From NCBI GenBank assembly GCA_944375765.1, contig CALWAR010000054.1:4535-68534 (forward strand): 64,000 nucleotides of DNA, given 5' to 3'. The translations under genes and the position numbers were made by a program. The notes under the pieces were generated by a model. The model worked only from the letters and a program-made list of their open reading frames with translations. It ran no database searches and was not told the origin of the DNA. This document shows, piece by piece, positions 57,157 to 64,000 of this stretch. This DNA is from an uncultured Mediterraneibacter sp. (lineage in GTDB: Bacteria; Bacillota; Clostridia; Lachnospirales; Lachnospiraceae). Within the stretch, counting starts at the first letter, position 1. Each line of letters begins with the position of its first letter.

Positions 57157-57396
57157 TCATACATATCTGTATAACTCTGCCGCCTCTTCTTTCTTTGTGG
57201 TATCCTGGAGTCTGACCACCTCGACTTTTACGCTCCTTGTTCCGAACTGGATCTCGATCATGTCGCCGGGCTTCACCCGGGCCGACGCCTTGGCCGCTTT
57301 TCCGTTCACCGTGACGCGTCCTGCGTCGCAGGCTTCGTTGGCGACGGTCCGCCGCTTGATTAGCCTTGATACTTTTAAGAATTTGTCCAATCGCAT
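57157..57396 (-). CDS. S4-domain RNA-binding protein (YabO/Hsp15-like)
   Basis: MRLDKFLKVSRLIKRRTVA S4 motif. 79 aa. Confidence 0.85.
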   Translation of the reverse strand: MRLDKFLKVSRLIKRRTVANEACDAGRVTVNGKAAKASARVKPGDMIEIQFGTRSVKVEVVRLQDTTKKEEAAELYRYV

Positions 57397-57436
57397 TTAT
57401 CCTTTTCTCCTTCCGTCAGCCTGCTGCCGCTCTGCT

Positions 57437-57472
57437 AAAAAAAGCACTTACAATGTCTTCCATCGTAAGTGC
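57437..57472 (-). terminator. hup terminator
   Basis: On the minus strand, the GCACTTAC...GTAAGTGC stem is followed by T7. Confidence 0.75.
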
Positions 57473-57510
57473 CCGTTCTTATCTTATCCGCTTCTCCTGC
57501 TGTGCGACGA

Positions 57511-57783
57511 TTAGTTGATAGCGTCTTTTAAAGCCTTTCCTGCTTTAAACTTCGGAGCCTTGCAAGCTGCGATCTTCATTGTCTTGCCTGTCTGCGGGTT
57601 TCTTCCTTCTCTTGCAGCTCTCTTGCTCACTTCAAATGTTCCGAACCCGACAAGCTGCACTTTGTCGTCATTTTTAAGCTGCTCTGTAACAACGTCGATA
57701 AAAGCCTTTAACGCTTTTTCAGAATCCTTCTTTGAAATCTCTGCTTTTTCTGCGATCGCCGTGATCAACTCTGTTTTGTTCAT
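57511..57783 (-). CDS. hup: DNA-binding protein HU
   Basis: MNKTELI...[19 protein letters not shown]. 90 aa. Confidence 0.97.
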   Translation of the reverse strand: MNKTELITAIAEKAEISKKDSEKALKAFIDVVTEQLKNDDKVQLVGFGTFEVSKRAAREGRNPQTGKTMKIAACKAPKFKAGKALKDAIN

Positions 57784-57880
57784 GGATCAATTCCTCCTCT
57801 TTATTGTACATACATACAATCTTATTCTGGTTTTCAAAGGGAAAACGCCCGAACAGCCGCGTTTTTCGCCTTTATGTATT

Positions 57881-57909
57881 GTTATAACCGTTTCATTGAT
57901 CTTTGTCAA
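57881..57909 (-). promoter_or_regulatory. hup promoter
   Basis: On the minus strand: TTGACA (57909-57904), a 17-nt spacer, then TATAAC (57886-57881). Confidence 0.6.
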
Positions 57910-57925
57910 GATTTTTCGGCGTTTT

Positions 57926-59608
57926 TTACGCCATAACGGGCTTAAGCGCCACAGAGAGTTTCTCTTTTTCTTTCTCCGCTTCCGCAAGGTCTTTCCCGAG
58001 CGTAGTATAATATATCTTGATCTTCGGCTCTGTACCGGACGGGCGCACGATGACAGACGCATTGTTCTCCAGCCGGTAAATGAGGACATTCGCCGGCGGA
58101 AGTCCGGTCTCTTCCGGCTTCTGGTAGTCTGTCACAGATGTGACTTTATATCCGGCAATCTCCGTCAGAGGCTTATCCCGCAGCTTCTGCATGATACCCG
58201 CCATCTTGTCCATGCCGCTTAAGCCCGGGAATTCAAAGCTGTCGATCCTGTTCAGATAACGTCCGTACTGAGCGTAGATCTCCTCCATCCTCTGCTTGAG
58301 AGAGCTGCCGATACTCCTGTAGTAAGCCGCCATCTCGCAGATCAGCATGGAACCGATAACTGCGTCTTTGTCACGCACATACGGCCCTGCAAGATATCCG
58401 TAGCTCTCCTCAAATCCGAAGATAAAGCGGTCCACCTCGCCTGCCTCCTCGAGCCGGGCGATCTGGTCGCCGATCCATTTGAAACCTGTGAGGACATTTC
58501 TGAGTTCCACTCCGTAGTGCTCCGCAACGGCGTCAGCCAGAGGCGTTGACACGATCGATTTAACCGCGACGGGCCTGTCCGGCATCGTGCCTTTCTCGAT
58601 GCGCCCTGCGCATATATAGTCGAGGAGCAGTACGCCCACTTCGTTTCCGCTGACCAGCTCGTAAGAACCGTCCGGGCATTTCATGGCGATGCCCACGCGA
58701 TCCGCATCCGGGTCTGTGGCGAGCATCAGATCGGCTCCTGTCTCTTTCGCAAGGGAGAGTCCCTGCTCCAGCGCCTCGAAAATCTCCGGATTCGGGTAGC
58801 TGCATGTTGTGAAATAACCATTGGGATACTCCTGATCCGGCACAATCGTAATATCTGTAACGCCGATGTCCTTTAATACCTGCGTCACCGGGACAAGCCC
58901 CGAGCCATTGAGCGGACTGTAGACCAGTTTGAGTCCTGCGCTCCCGCACAGGCCCGGGCGCACCTGGCGGGATTCGATCGCCTCGTAGAGCGCTTTCTTG
59001 CAGTCGTCCCCCACAAACCGGATGAGTCCTTCCTCGACGCCCTGTGCGAATGACATATACTTCGCTCCGTCCAGGACGTCTGTCTTCTGGATCTCCCCGT
59101 ATACGACGGCCGCCGCGTCGTCCGTCATCTGACACCCGTCCGGCCCGTACGCTTTATATCCGTTATATTTTGCAGGATTGTGGGACGCCGTCACCATGAC
59201 GCCTGCGTTGCAGTTATAGTATCGTGTCGCAAAGGAGAGCGCCGGCACCGGCATCAGTGCGTCGTAGATCCTTACTTTTATCCCGTTGGCAGCCAGTACG
59301 CCCGCTGCGTTTTTTGCGAATACGTCGCTCTTGATGCGGCTGTCATAGCTGATCGCAACAGTCTGTGTCCCTCCCTGTGTCTTTACCCAGTTGGCAAGTC
59401 CCTGCGTCGCCTGCCGTACTACATAGATGTTCATGCGGTTTGTTCCTGCTCCGAGGATGCCCCGCAGTCCGGCGGTCCCGAACTTCAGAGCCACGGCAAA
59501 GCGCTCTTTTATCTCATCGTCGTTTCCGTTGATCCTGGACAGCTCCGGTTTCAGGTCCGGATCTTCCAGATCCGCTGCCATCCAGCGTTCATATTCATTT
59601 TGATACAT
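57926..59608 (-). CDS. Phospho-sugar mutase (phosphoglucomutase/phosphomannomutase family)
   Basis: Active-site loop TASHNPAKYNGYK. The start was trimmed to MYQNEYERW, which follows AGGAGTG. Confidence 0.9.
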   Translation of the reverse strand: MYQNEYERWMAADLEDPDLKPELSRINGNDDEIKERFAVALKFGTAGLRGILGAGTNRMNIYVVRQATQGLANWVKTQGGTQTVAISYDSRIKSDVFAKNAAGVLAANGIKVRIYDALMPVPALSFATRYYNCNAGVMVTASHNPAKYNGYKAYGPDGCQMTDDAAAVVYGEIQKTDVLDGAKYMSFAQGVEEGLIRFVGDDCKKALYEAIESRQVRPGLCGSAGLKLVYSPLNGSGLVPVTQVLKDIGVTDITIVPDQEYPNGYFTTCSYPNPEIFEALEQGLSLAKETGADLMLATDPDADRVGIAMKCPDGSYELVSGNEVGVLLLDYICAGRIEKGTMPDRPVAVKSIVSTPLADAVAEHYGVELRNVLTGFKWIGDQIARLEEAGEVDRFIFGFEESYGYLAGPYVRDKDAVIGSMLICEMAAYYRSIGSSLKQRMEEIYAQYGRYLNRIDSFEFPGLSGMDKMAGIMQKLRDKPLTEIAGYKVTSVTDYQKPEETGLPPANVLIYRLENNASVIVRPSGTEPKIKIYYTTLGKDLAEAEKEKEKLSVALKPVMA

Positions 59609-59710
59609 TTTTATCACTCCTGACATTTTTCTGGTGATCCTTTACGAAAAAATCACAATAAATCCAGTACTAATATATCATGTTTCCTCTTAATCGGCAA
59701 CAAGTCTCTT

Positions 59711-60781
59711 TTATATGCCCAAAGAAAATACGCTCTCTAAAAACGCCCTCTTTTCCTCTTCCTGACGGACTGCCAGCTCCAGTTTTTCCACGTTTTTCTG
59801 GGGCAGCCATGCTTTGTTGGAATGATAATAGCTACTGGCTGTTTTCCAGTATTTTTCGGGATATGCAAGGAGCAGTCCCACGTACTCTCTCTCCACAGGG
59901 CTCAGAGGGCAGACGTTTTCATACGCTTCCAGCAGCTTCTGTCCCGTTTTTTGTTTCCAATAATACTTTTCCATGGCTTTTCTCAGAAAGTAATACAGAT
60001 CATGCGCCTGAACGCCCACGCACATGTGTTCAAAGTTCGTCACAGCCATCCCGTCCCCGTTCACGAGGATATTGTGGTAATTATAGTCTCCGTGCGTCAG
60101 GACGCCTTTCTCTACGCTGTCTTTCCAGAGTCCGGTACACCCCGACAGTTCCATGCGCTCCGACACCTTTTCCGCAAGATGATACATTTTCTCAAAACTG
60201 TCTAGAAACAGATACTCAAACTCATTCTTTGTCACCCTGGCACGGATAAATCCTCTCACCTTTTTCAGCTCCCGGTTATGCTTTCTTATCTCTTCTGAGG
60301 GATCACGTTCCATCCCCAGGACAGCCCTCAGCGTCCCCCGGTCTGCCGGTATATCCGACGGCGCTTCGTCATTTACCGCGCCTGTACGGTTATCACTCTC
60401 CCTGAGGACATCCGCATCCCGCAGTTCCATGTGCAGACGCGCAAGCTGAGCGCCCGCCCTTAGTGTCTCGGATTCCTGACGGATATCGCACTCTCGTCCA
60501 TAGTACCATTTTTTCAACATATATACATTCCCCTCACGGGAAGTCACGAGGAGTTCACCGTCGCGTGTAAACACAGGCGTATCTGCCCGGATATTCCCTC
60601 TCTCTTCAAGGCAGCCGAGCACCTTGCGCAGCAGGAGGGCACGCCGCCCGGATATCCTCGTCTCTTTAAGCAGCATCGTCCCCTTATTTGTATCGCAAAA
60701 AAACGCACCCCTTATTCTTCGGGTGCTCCTCACTTCTATATCATACTTTTCTAATACTTCCAGTTCGTATTCTTCTCTCAT
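59711..60781 (-). CDS. cotS: CotS-family spore coat protein (kinase-like fold)
   Basis: 356 aa with the HGDYNYHNILV catalytic-loop-like motif and a CotS-like N-terminus. Confidence 0.75.
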   Translation of the reverse strand: MREEYELEVLEKYDIEVRSTRRIRGAFFCDTNKGTMLLKETRISGRRALLLRKVLGCLEERGNIRADTPVFTRDGELLVTSREGNVYMLKKWYYGRECDIRQESETLRAGAQLARLHMELRDADVLRESDNRTGAVNDEAPSDIPADRGTLRAVLGMERDPSEEIRKHNRELKKVRGFIRARVTKNEFEYLFLDSFEKMYHLAEKVSERMELSGCTGLWKDSVEKGVLTHGDYNYHNILVNGDGMAVTNFEHMCVGVQAHDLYYFLRKAMEKYYWKQKTGQKLLEAYENVCPLSPVEREYVGLLLAYPEKYWKTASSYYHSNKAWLPQKNVEKLELAVRQEEEKRAFLESVFSLGI

Positions 60782-60847
60782 GGCTGCCCCCTGTCACCGC
60801 ATATTCTCATTCTCTCTAAATCTATGACGGGGACAGCCCGAGTATGA

Positions 60848-62182
60848 TCATTTGTCAATTTTTTCTATTACATAAGCGCGCAGTGTCTCTTTGTTGTTTC
60901 TGGCGGGATCGTCTATGACATATTCCAGCAGCTCGCTGAGCATACTTCCCATTTCTCTGCCCGGCTTCATTCCCAGCTCCATCAGATCCCGTCCGCTCAC
61001 GGCGAGCTGCCGCAGTGTAACGCACTCTTCTTCGATCAGTACTTTCTGATAGATCTCTCTCATGGCGATGATATTCTCTATCTTCTCGCGCCTCTGATAA
61101 GGGCTCTGCGCTTTCACGTCTGCCATTCTCACGGCCAGATAGTACGGGAAAAGATCAACGCCGATCCTGTTCATGGCACGCCGTACATTTTTGGGAGTGG
61201 CCTCTGTCCGGTAATCATGGTAGCAGACAAGCCGGGTGACTTTCTTGACCGTATCATTGTCAAATTTCAGCCTGCGCATGACTTTCCGGGCGATCTCTTC
61301 GCTTACGAGGGCGTGTCCTTTGAAATGGTCCTGACCTTTTCCGTCCGTGGTCTTTACGGACGGCTTTCCCATATCATGGAAGAGCATCGTCAGCCGCAGT
61401 ATCTTATCTCGTTTGACATTTTTCAGGCTGTGGAGCGTGTGCTGCGCCACGTCGTATTTGTGATGGGGCGTGTTCTGTTCCACCCCCTCCATCGCATCCC
61501 ATTCCGGCAGGATGACTTTCGTTATCCCAAGCTCATATGCGTCCCGTATCTTTTCCGGGTGCGGGGATATAAGCAGTTTGACCAGCTCGGTCTGTATCCT
61601 CTCTGCACTGATCTTTTCCAGTGCCGGCGCCAGTTCCCGGACCGCTTTCGCCGTCCCGGCCTCAATCGGAAAGTCGAGCTGGGCTGAGAAACGCACAGCC
61701 CGCAGTATCCTCAGAGCGTCCTCGGAAAACCGCTCTGCCGGGTCTCCCACGCACCGGATCAGGTGATGGTTCAGATCCTGCATGCCCCCGAACACGTCTA
61801 CGAGCCGCACGTCGTCGTTGTACGCCATGGCGTTGATCGTGAAATCCCTCCTCCGGAGATCTTCTTCCAGCTTATTCGTGAAACGCACTTCTTTCGGGTG
61901 TCTGCTGTCCTCATATACTCCGTCGATCCGGTAAGTCGTCACCTCGTAACTGTCTTTGCCCAGCAGCACCGTGACTGTGCCGTGCTCTATCCCGGTATCC
62001 ACGGTCCGCCGGAACAGCTTCTTGATCTCCTCCGGCCTTGCGGACGTAGTGATATCCCAATCCTCCGGTCTGCGCGCCAGGATAGAATCGCGCACGCAGC
62101 CGCCCACCGCATACGCTTCGTACCCGTGGAGCTGGAGATTATTAATGATCATCAGCACTTTTCTCGGCATATTTATCTTCAT
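60848..62182 (-). CDS. cca: CCA-adding tRNA nucleotidyltransferase with HD domain
   Basis: AYAVGGCVRD, DFTINAMAY and an HD-domain region (LFHDMGK). Confidence 0.9.
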   Translation of the reverse strand: MKINMPRKVLMIINNLQLHGYEAYAVGGCVRDSILARRPEDWDITTSARPEEIKKLFRRTVDTGIEHGTVTVLLGKDSYEVTTYRIDGVYEDSRHPKEVRFTNKLEEDLRRRDFTINAMAYNDDVRLVDVFGGMQDLNHHLIRCVGDPAERFSEDALRILRAVRFSAQLDFPIEAGTAKAVRELAPALEKISAERIQTELVKLLISPHPEKIRDAYELGITKVILPEWDAMEGVEQNTPHHKYDVAQHTLHSLKNVKRDKILRLTMLFHDMGKPSVKTTDGKGQDHFKGHALVSEEIARKVMRRLKFDNDTVKKVTRLVCYHDYRTEATPKNVRRAMNRIGVDLFPYYLAVRMADVKAQSPYQRREKIENIIAMREIYQKVLIEEECVTLRQLAVSGRDLMELGMKPGREMGSMLSELLEYVIDDPARNNKETLRAYVIEKIDK

Positions 62183-62211
62183 CTGAAATTCTTCTTTCTC
62201 AAATTGATCTT

Positions 62212-62330
62212 ATGATGCCAGGGTCAAAAGGTCTAAGCCCACATGAGCTTGCCCATAAGTGGTTGAAAGACCGCAAAGCACGGAACAATCCGCAGGCATC
62301 GTAGCCGGGGGCTTTTGACCCCAACATCAT
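62212..62330 (-). ncRNA. Unclassified structured RNA element in the cca 5' leader
   Basis: A 19-bp closing helix pairs AUGAUGUUGGGGUCAAAAG with CUUUUGACCCUGGCAUCAU. Its three G-U pairs form only in the minus-strand transcript. There is an internal bulged hairpin, CCAC-UU-AUGGG-CAAG-CUCAU-GUGG. The element lies downstream of a good promoter. Confidence 0.45.
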
Positions 62331-62370
62331 CTTATTCAGTATTTCTTTTTCCCGCCTGTGGCAGGTAAAT

Positions 62371-62399
62371 ATTATAACCCGCTTTTTCTCTTTGCTCAA
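62371..62399 (-). promoter_or_regulatory. Promoter driving the cca leader
   Basis: On the minus strand: TTGAGC (62399-62394), a 17-nt spacer, then TATAAT (62376-62371). Confidence 0.6.
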
Positions 62400-62570
62400 C
62401 CATTTTAATACAGTTTCCAGTCTTTTGTCATCATAAAAAACAGATATATCATCCGGTATGTCCGCCAGAGGCTCATTTTTGTCTCCTCTCAGGTAAACGG
62501 CAATGAAAGAGGGCGCACATTGTCCATGCTGCGCCCTCGCCGACTTCTGAATCTCTCTTTTCCCGTCTTT

Positions 62571-63962
62571 TTATAACTCGCAGTTATTTACGGTACGCGG
62601 GAACGGGATCACATCCCTGATATTTGACATTCCCGTCAGGTACATGATGCACCTCTCGAACCCAAGACCAAATCCTGCATGACGTGTGGAGCCGTACTTT
62701 CGCAGATCGAGGTAAAATCCGTAATCCTCTTCTTTGAGCCCCATCTCCTGCATGCGCGCCAGCAGCTTGTCATAATCATCCTCTCTCTGGCTTCCGCCGA
62801 TGATCTCGCCGATCCCCGGCACAAGACAGTCCACCGCTGCGACCGTCCTGCCGTCCTCATTCTGTTTCATATAAAATGCCTTGATATCTTTCGGATAGTC
62901 AGTCACAAATACCGGACGCCTGTAGACCTGCTCCGTGAGATATCTCTCGTGTTCAGTCTGCAGGTCGCATCCCCAGGATACTTTATATTCTAATTTGTCG
63001 TTGTTCTTTTCCAGGATCTCTATCGCCTCGGTGTATGTCACACGGGCGAAGTCAGAATCCGCAACATTGTGGAGCCTGTCCAGAAGCCCTTTATCCACGA
63101 ATGAATTAAAAAAGTTCATCTCCTCCGGAGCGTTCTCCAGAACATAGTTTATCACGTATTTCAGCATTGCCTCCGCCAGATCCATGTCGTCGTTCAGGTC
63201 TGCGAACGCGATCTCCGGCTCGATCATCCAGAACTCAGCCGCATGGCGCGTTGTGTTGGAGTTCTCGGCCCGGAACGTCGGACCGAAAGTATAGATGCTG
63301 CGAAAAGCCTGAGCGTAAGTCTCCCCGTTTAGCTGGCCGCTCACAGTAAGGCTTGTCTCTTTTCCGAAGAAGTCCTGCGCGTAATCGACCGAGCCGTCTT
63401 CACTCCTGGGCACGTTCTCCATATCCAGTGTGGTCACGCGGAACATCTCTCCCGCCCCCTCGCAGTCGCTCCCGGTGATGAGCGGCGTGTGCACATACAC
63501 GAATCCTCTTTCCTGAAAAAACCTGTGGATCGCATAGGCCGCCAGTGAGCGCACGCGGAACACAGCCTGGAATGTGTTCGTCCTCGGGCGCAGGTGAGAG
63601 ATCGCCCTTAAATACTCAAAGCTGTGTCGTTTCTTCTGAAGCGGATAATCCGGTGCGGACGCACCCTCGATCTCCACGCTGTCAGCCTGGATCTCAAAAG
63701 GCTGCTTCGCCTGGGGCGTCTCCACGAGCGTACCGGACACGATGACCGCCGCCCCTACGTTCAGCCGGGATATTTCTGTAAAGTTGTCCAGTTTGTCATG
63801 ATATACTACCTGAAGCGGCTCAAAGTAGGAGCCGTCGTTCACGACAATAAACCCGAAAGTCTTAGAATCGCGCAGGCTCCGCACCCAGCCGCCGACCGTA
63901 ATCTTCTTATCCAGATGAGCTTCCCTGTTTTTAAATAATTCCCGAATCGTTGTCAGTTCCAT
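62571..63962 (-). CDS. asnS: Asparagine--tRNA ligase
   Basis: 463 aa with an N-terminal OB fold ([21 protein letters not shown]) and class II motifs ([14 protein letters not shown]). Confidence 0.95.
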   Translation of the reverse strand: MELTTIRELFKNREAHLDKKITVGGWVRSLRDSKTFGFIVVNDGSYFEPLQVVYHDKLDNFTEISRLNVGAAVIVSGTLVETPQAKQPFEIQADSVEIEGASAPDYPLQKKRHSFEYLRAISHLRPRTNTFQAVFRVRSLAAYAIHRFFQERGFVYVHTPLITGSDCEGAGEMFRVTTLDMENVPRSEDGSVDYAQDFFGKETSLTVSGQLNGETYAQAFRSIYTFGPTFRAENSNTTRHAAEFWMIEPEIAFADLNDDMDLAEAMLKYVINYVLENAPEEMNFFNSFVDKGLLDRLHNVADSDFARVTYTEAIEILEKNNDKLEYKVSWGCDLQTEHERYLTEQVYRRPVFVTDYPKDIKAFYMKQNEDGRTVAAVDCLVPGIGEIIGGSQREDDYDKLLARMQEMGLKEEDYGFYLDLRKYGSTRHAGFGLGFERCIMYLTGMSNIRDVIPFPRTVNNCEL

Positions 63963-64000
63963 ATCAATAAACTCCTTATCGCAATATTTACGTATTAGTA

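Noticed and set aside
62212-62330. Match of the cca leader to known self-cleaving ribozymes or riboswitches: twister, pistol, hammerhead, c-di-GMP-I, ZTP, ykkC and fluoride.
   Set aside because: There are only short chance resemblances, such as GGUCUAAGCCC...AUAAGUGG on the opposite strand versus twister, and GACCGCAAAGC versus GEMM-I. The required core motifs and helices do not line up. It is left as unclassified.
62199-62399. 66-aa ORF (TTG start) upstream of cca.
   Set aside because: Its TTG start is the -35 hexamer (TTGAGC) of a good promoter, and there is no SD. The ORF runs through the 19-bp helix of the structured leader. An RNA element explains the region better.
63963-64000. T-box leader expected upstream of asnS.
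   Set aside because: Only 38 nt of upstream sequence are in the window, so this cannot be evaluated.
1-64000. CRISPR arrays, rRNA genes, IS elements with transposases, and recognisable multi-gene defence systems.
   Set aside because: No regularly spaced direct repeats, rRNA-like sequence, transposase ORFs, or restriction-modification, Cas, Abi or CBASS-type gene sets were seen on either strand.

Overview
This 64 kb window looks like chromosome from a spore-forming Firmicute, probably a Clostridia or Lachnospiraceae-like organism. That call rests on gene content and synteny: yabO-yabP-yabQ-divIC-spoIIE-tilS-hpt-ftsH, cotS, a V-type ATPase, and SD-rich starts. Most of the window is densely packed housekeeping genes, largely on the minus strand. 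At the left edge (about 1-3366), a more A/T-rich integrated element carries a HUH-type Rep, two small ORFs and a tyrosine integrase. It abuts the 3' end of a tRNA-Lys(CTT) gene. The rest includes:
- a nine-gene V/A-type ATPase operon (4976-14306), interrupted between ntpB and ntpD by an MNT/HEPN toxin-antitoxin pair
- birA, a heterodimeric ABC exporter with a divergent LysR regulator, and two FtsH paralogs
- argF with tandem ARG boxes, and trkA/trkH
- an envelope-stress-like cluster: VanZ, an ECF sigma/anti-sigma pair, and an intramembrane-sensing two-component system
- metK behind a clear SAM-I riboswitch, murA and aroK
- a LacI-controlled sugar locus whose GH65 phosphorylase is fused to beta-phosphoglucomutase
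- map, pdxK, a GH13 enzyme, hup, a phosphosugar mutase, cca and asnS

The observations most worth follow-up are:
- the toxin-antitoxin pair embedded in the ATPase operon
- a 10-codon replacement of the normally invariant NMPVAAREAS motif in ntpA
- an unclassified structured 5' leader in front of cca, about 119 nt long and closed by a 19-bp helix
- an orphan locus with a promoter, mini-ORFs and a terminator in an A/T-rich gap
- a 16-nt homopolymer inside a small gene
- a SpoIIE that lacks its membrane domain

No CRISPR array, rRNA gene or recognisable multi-gene defence island was seen. All calls come from reading the sequence and from remembered family motifs; no database search was run.
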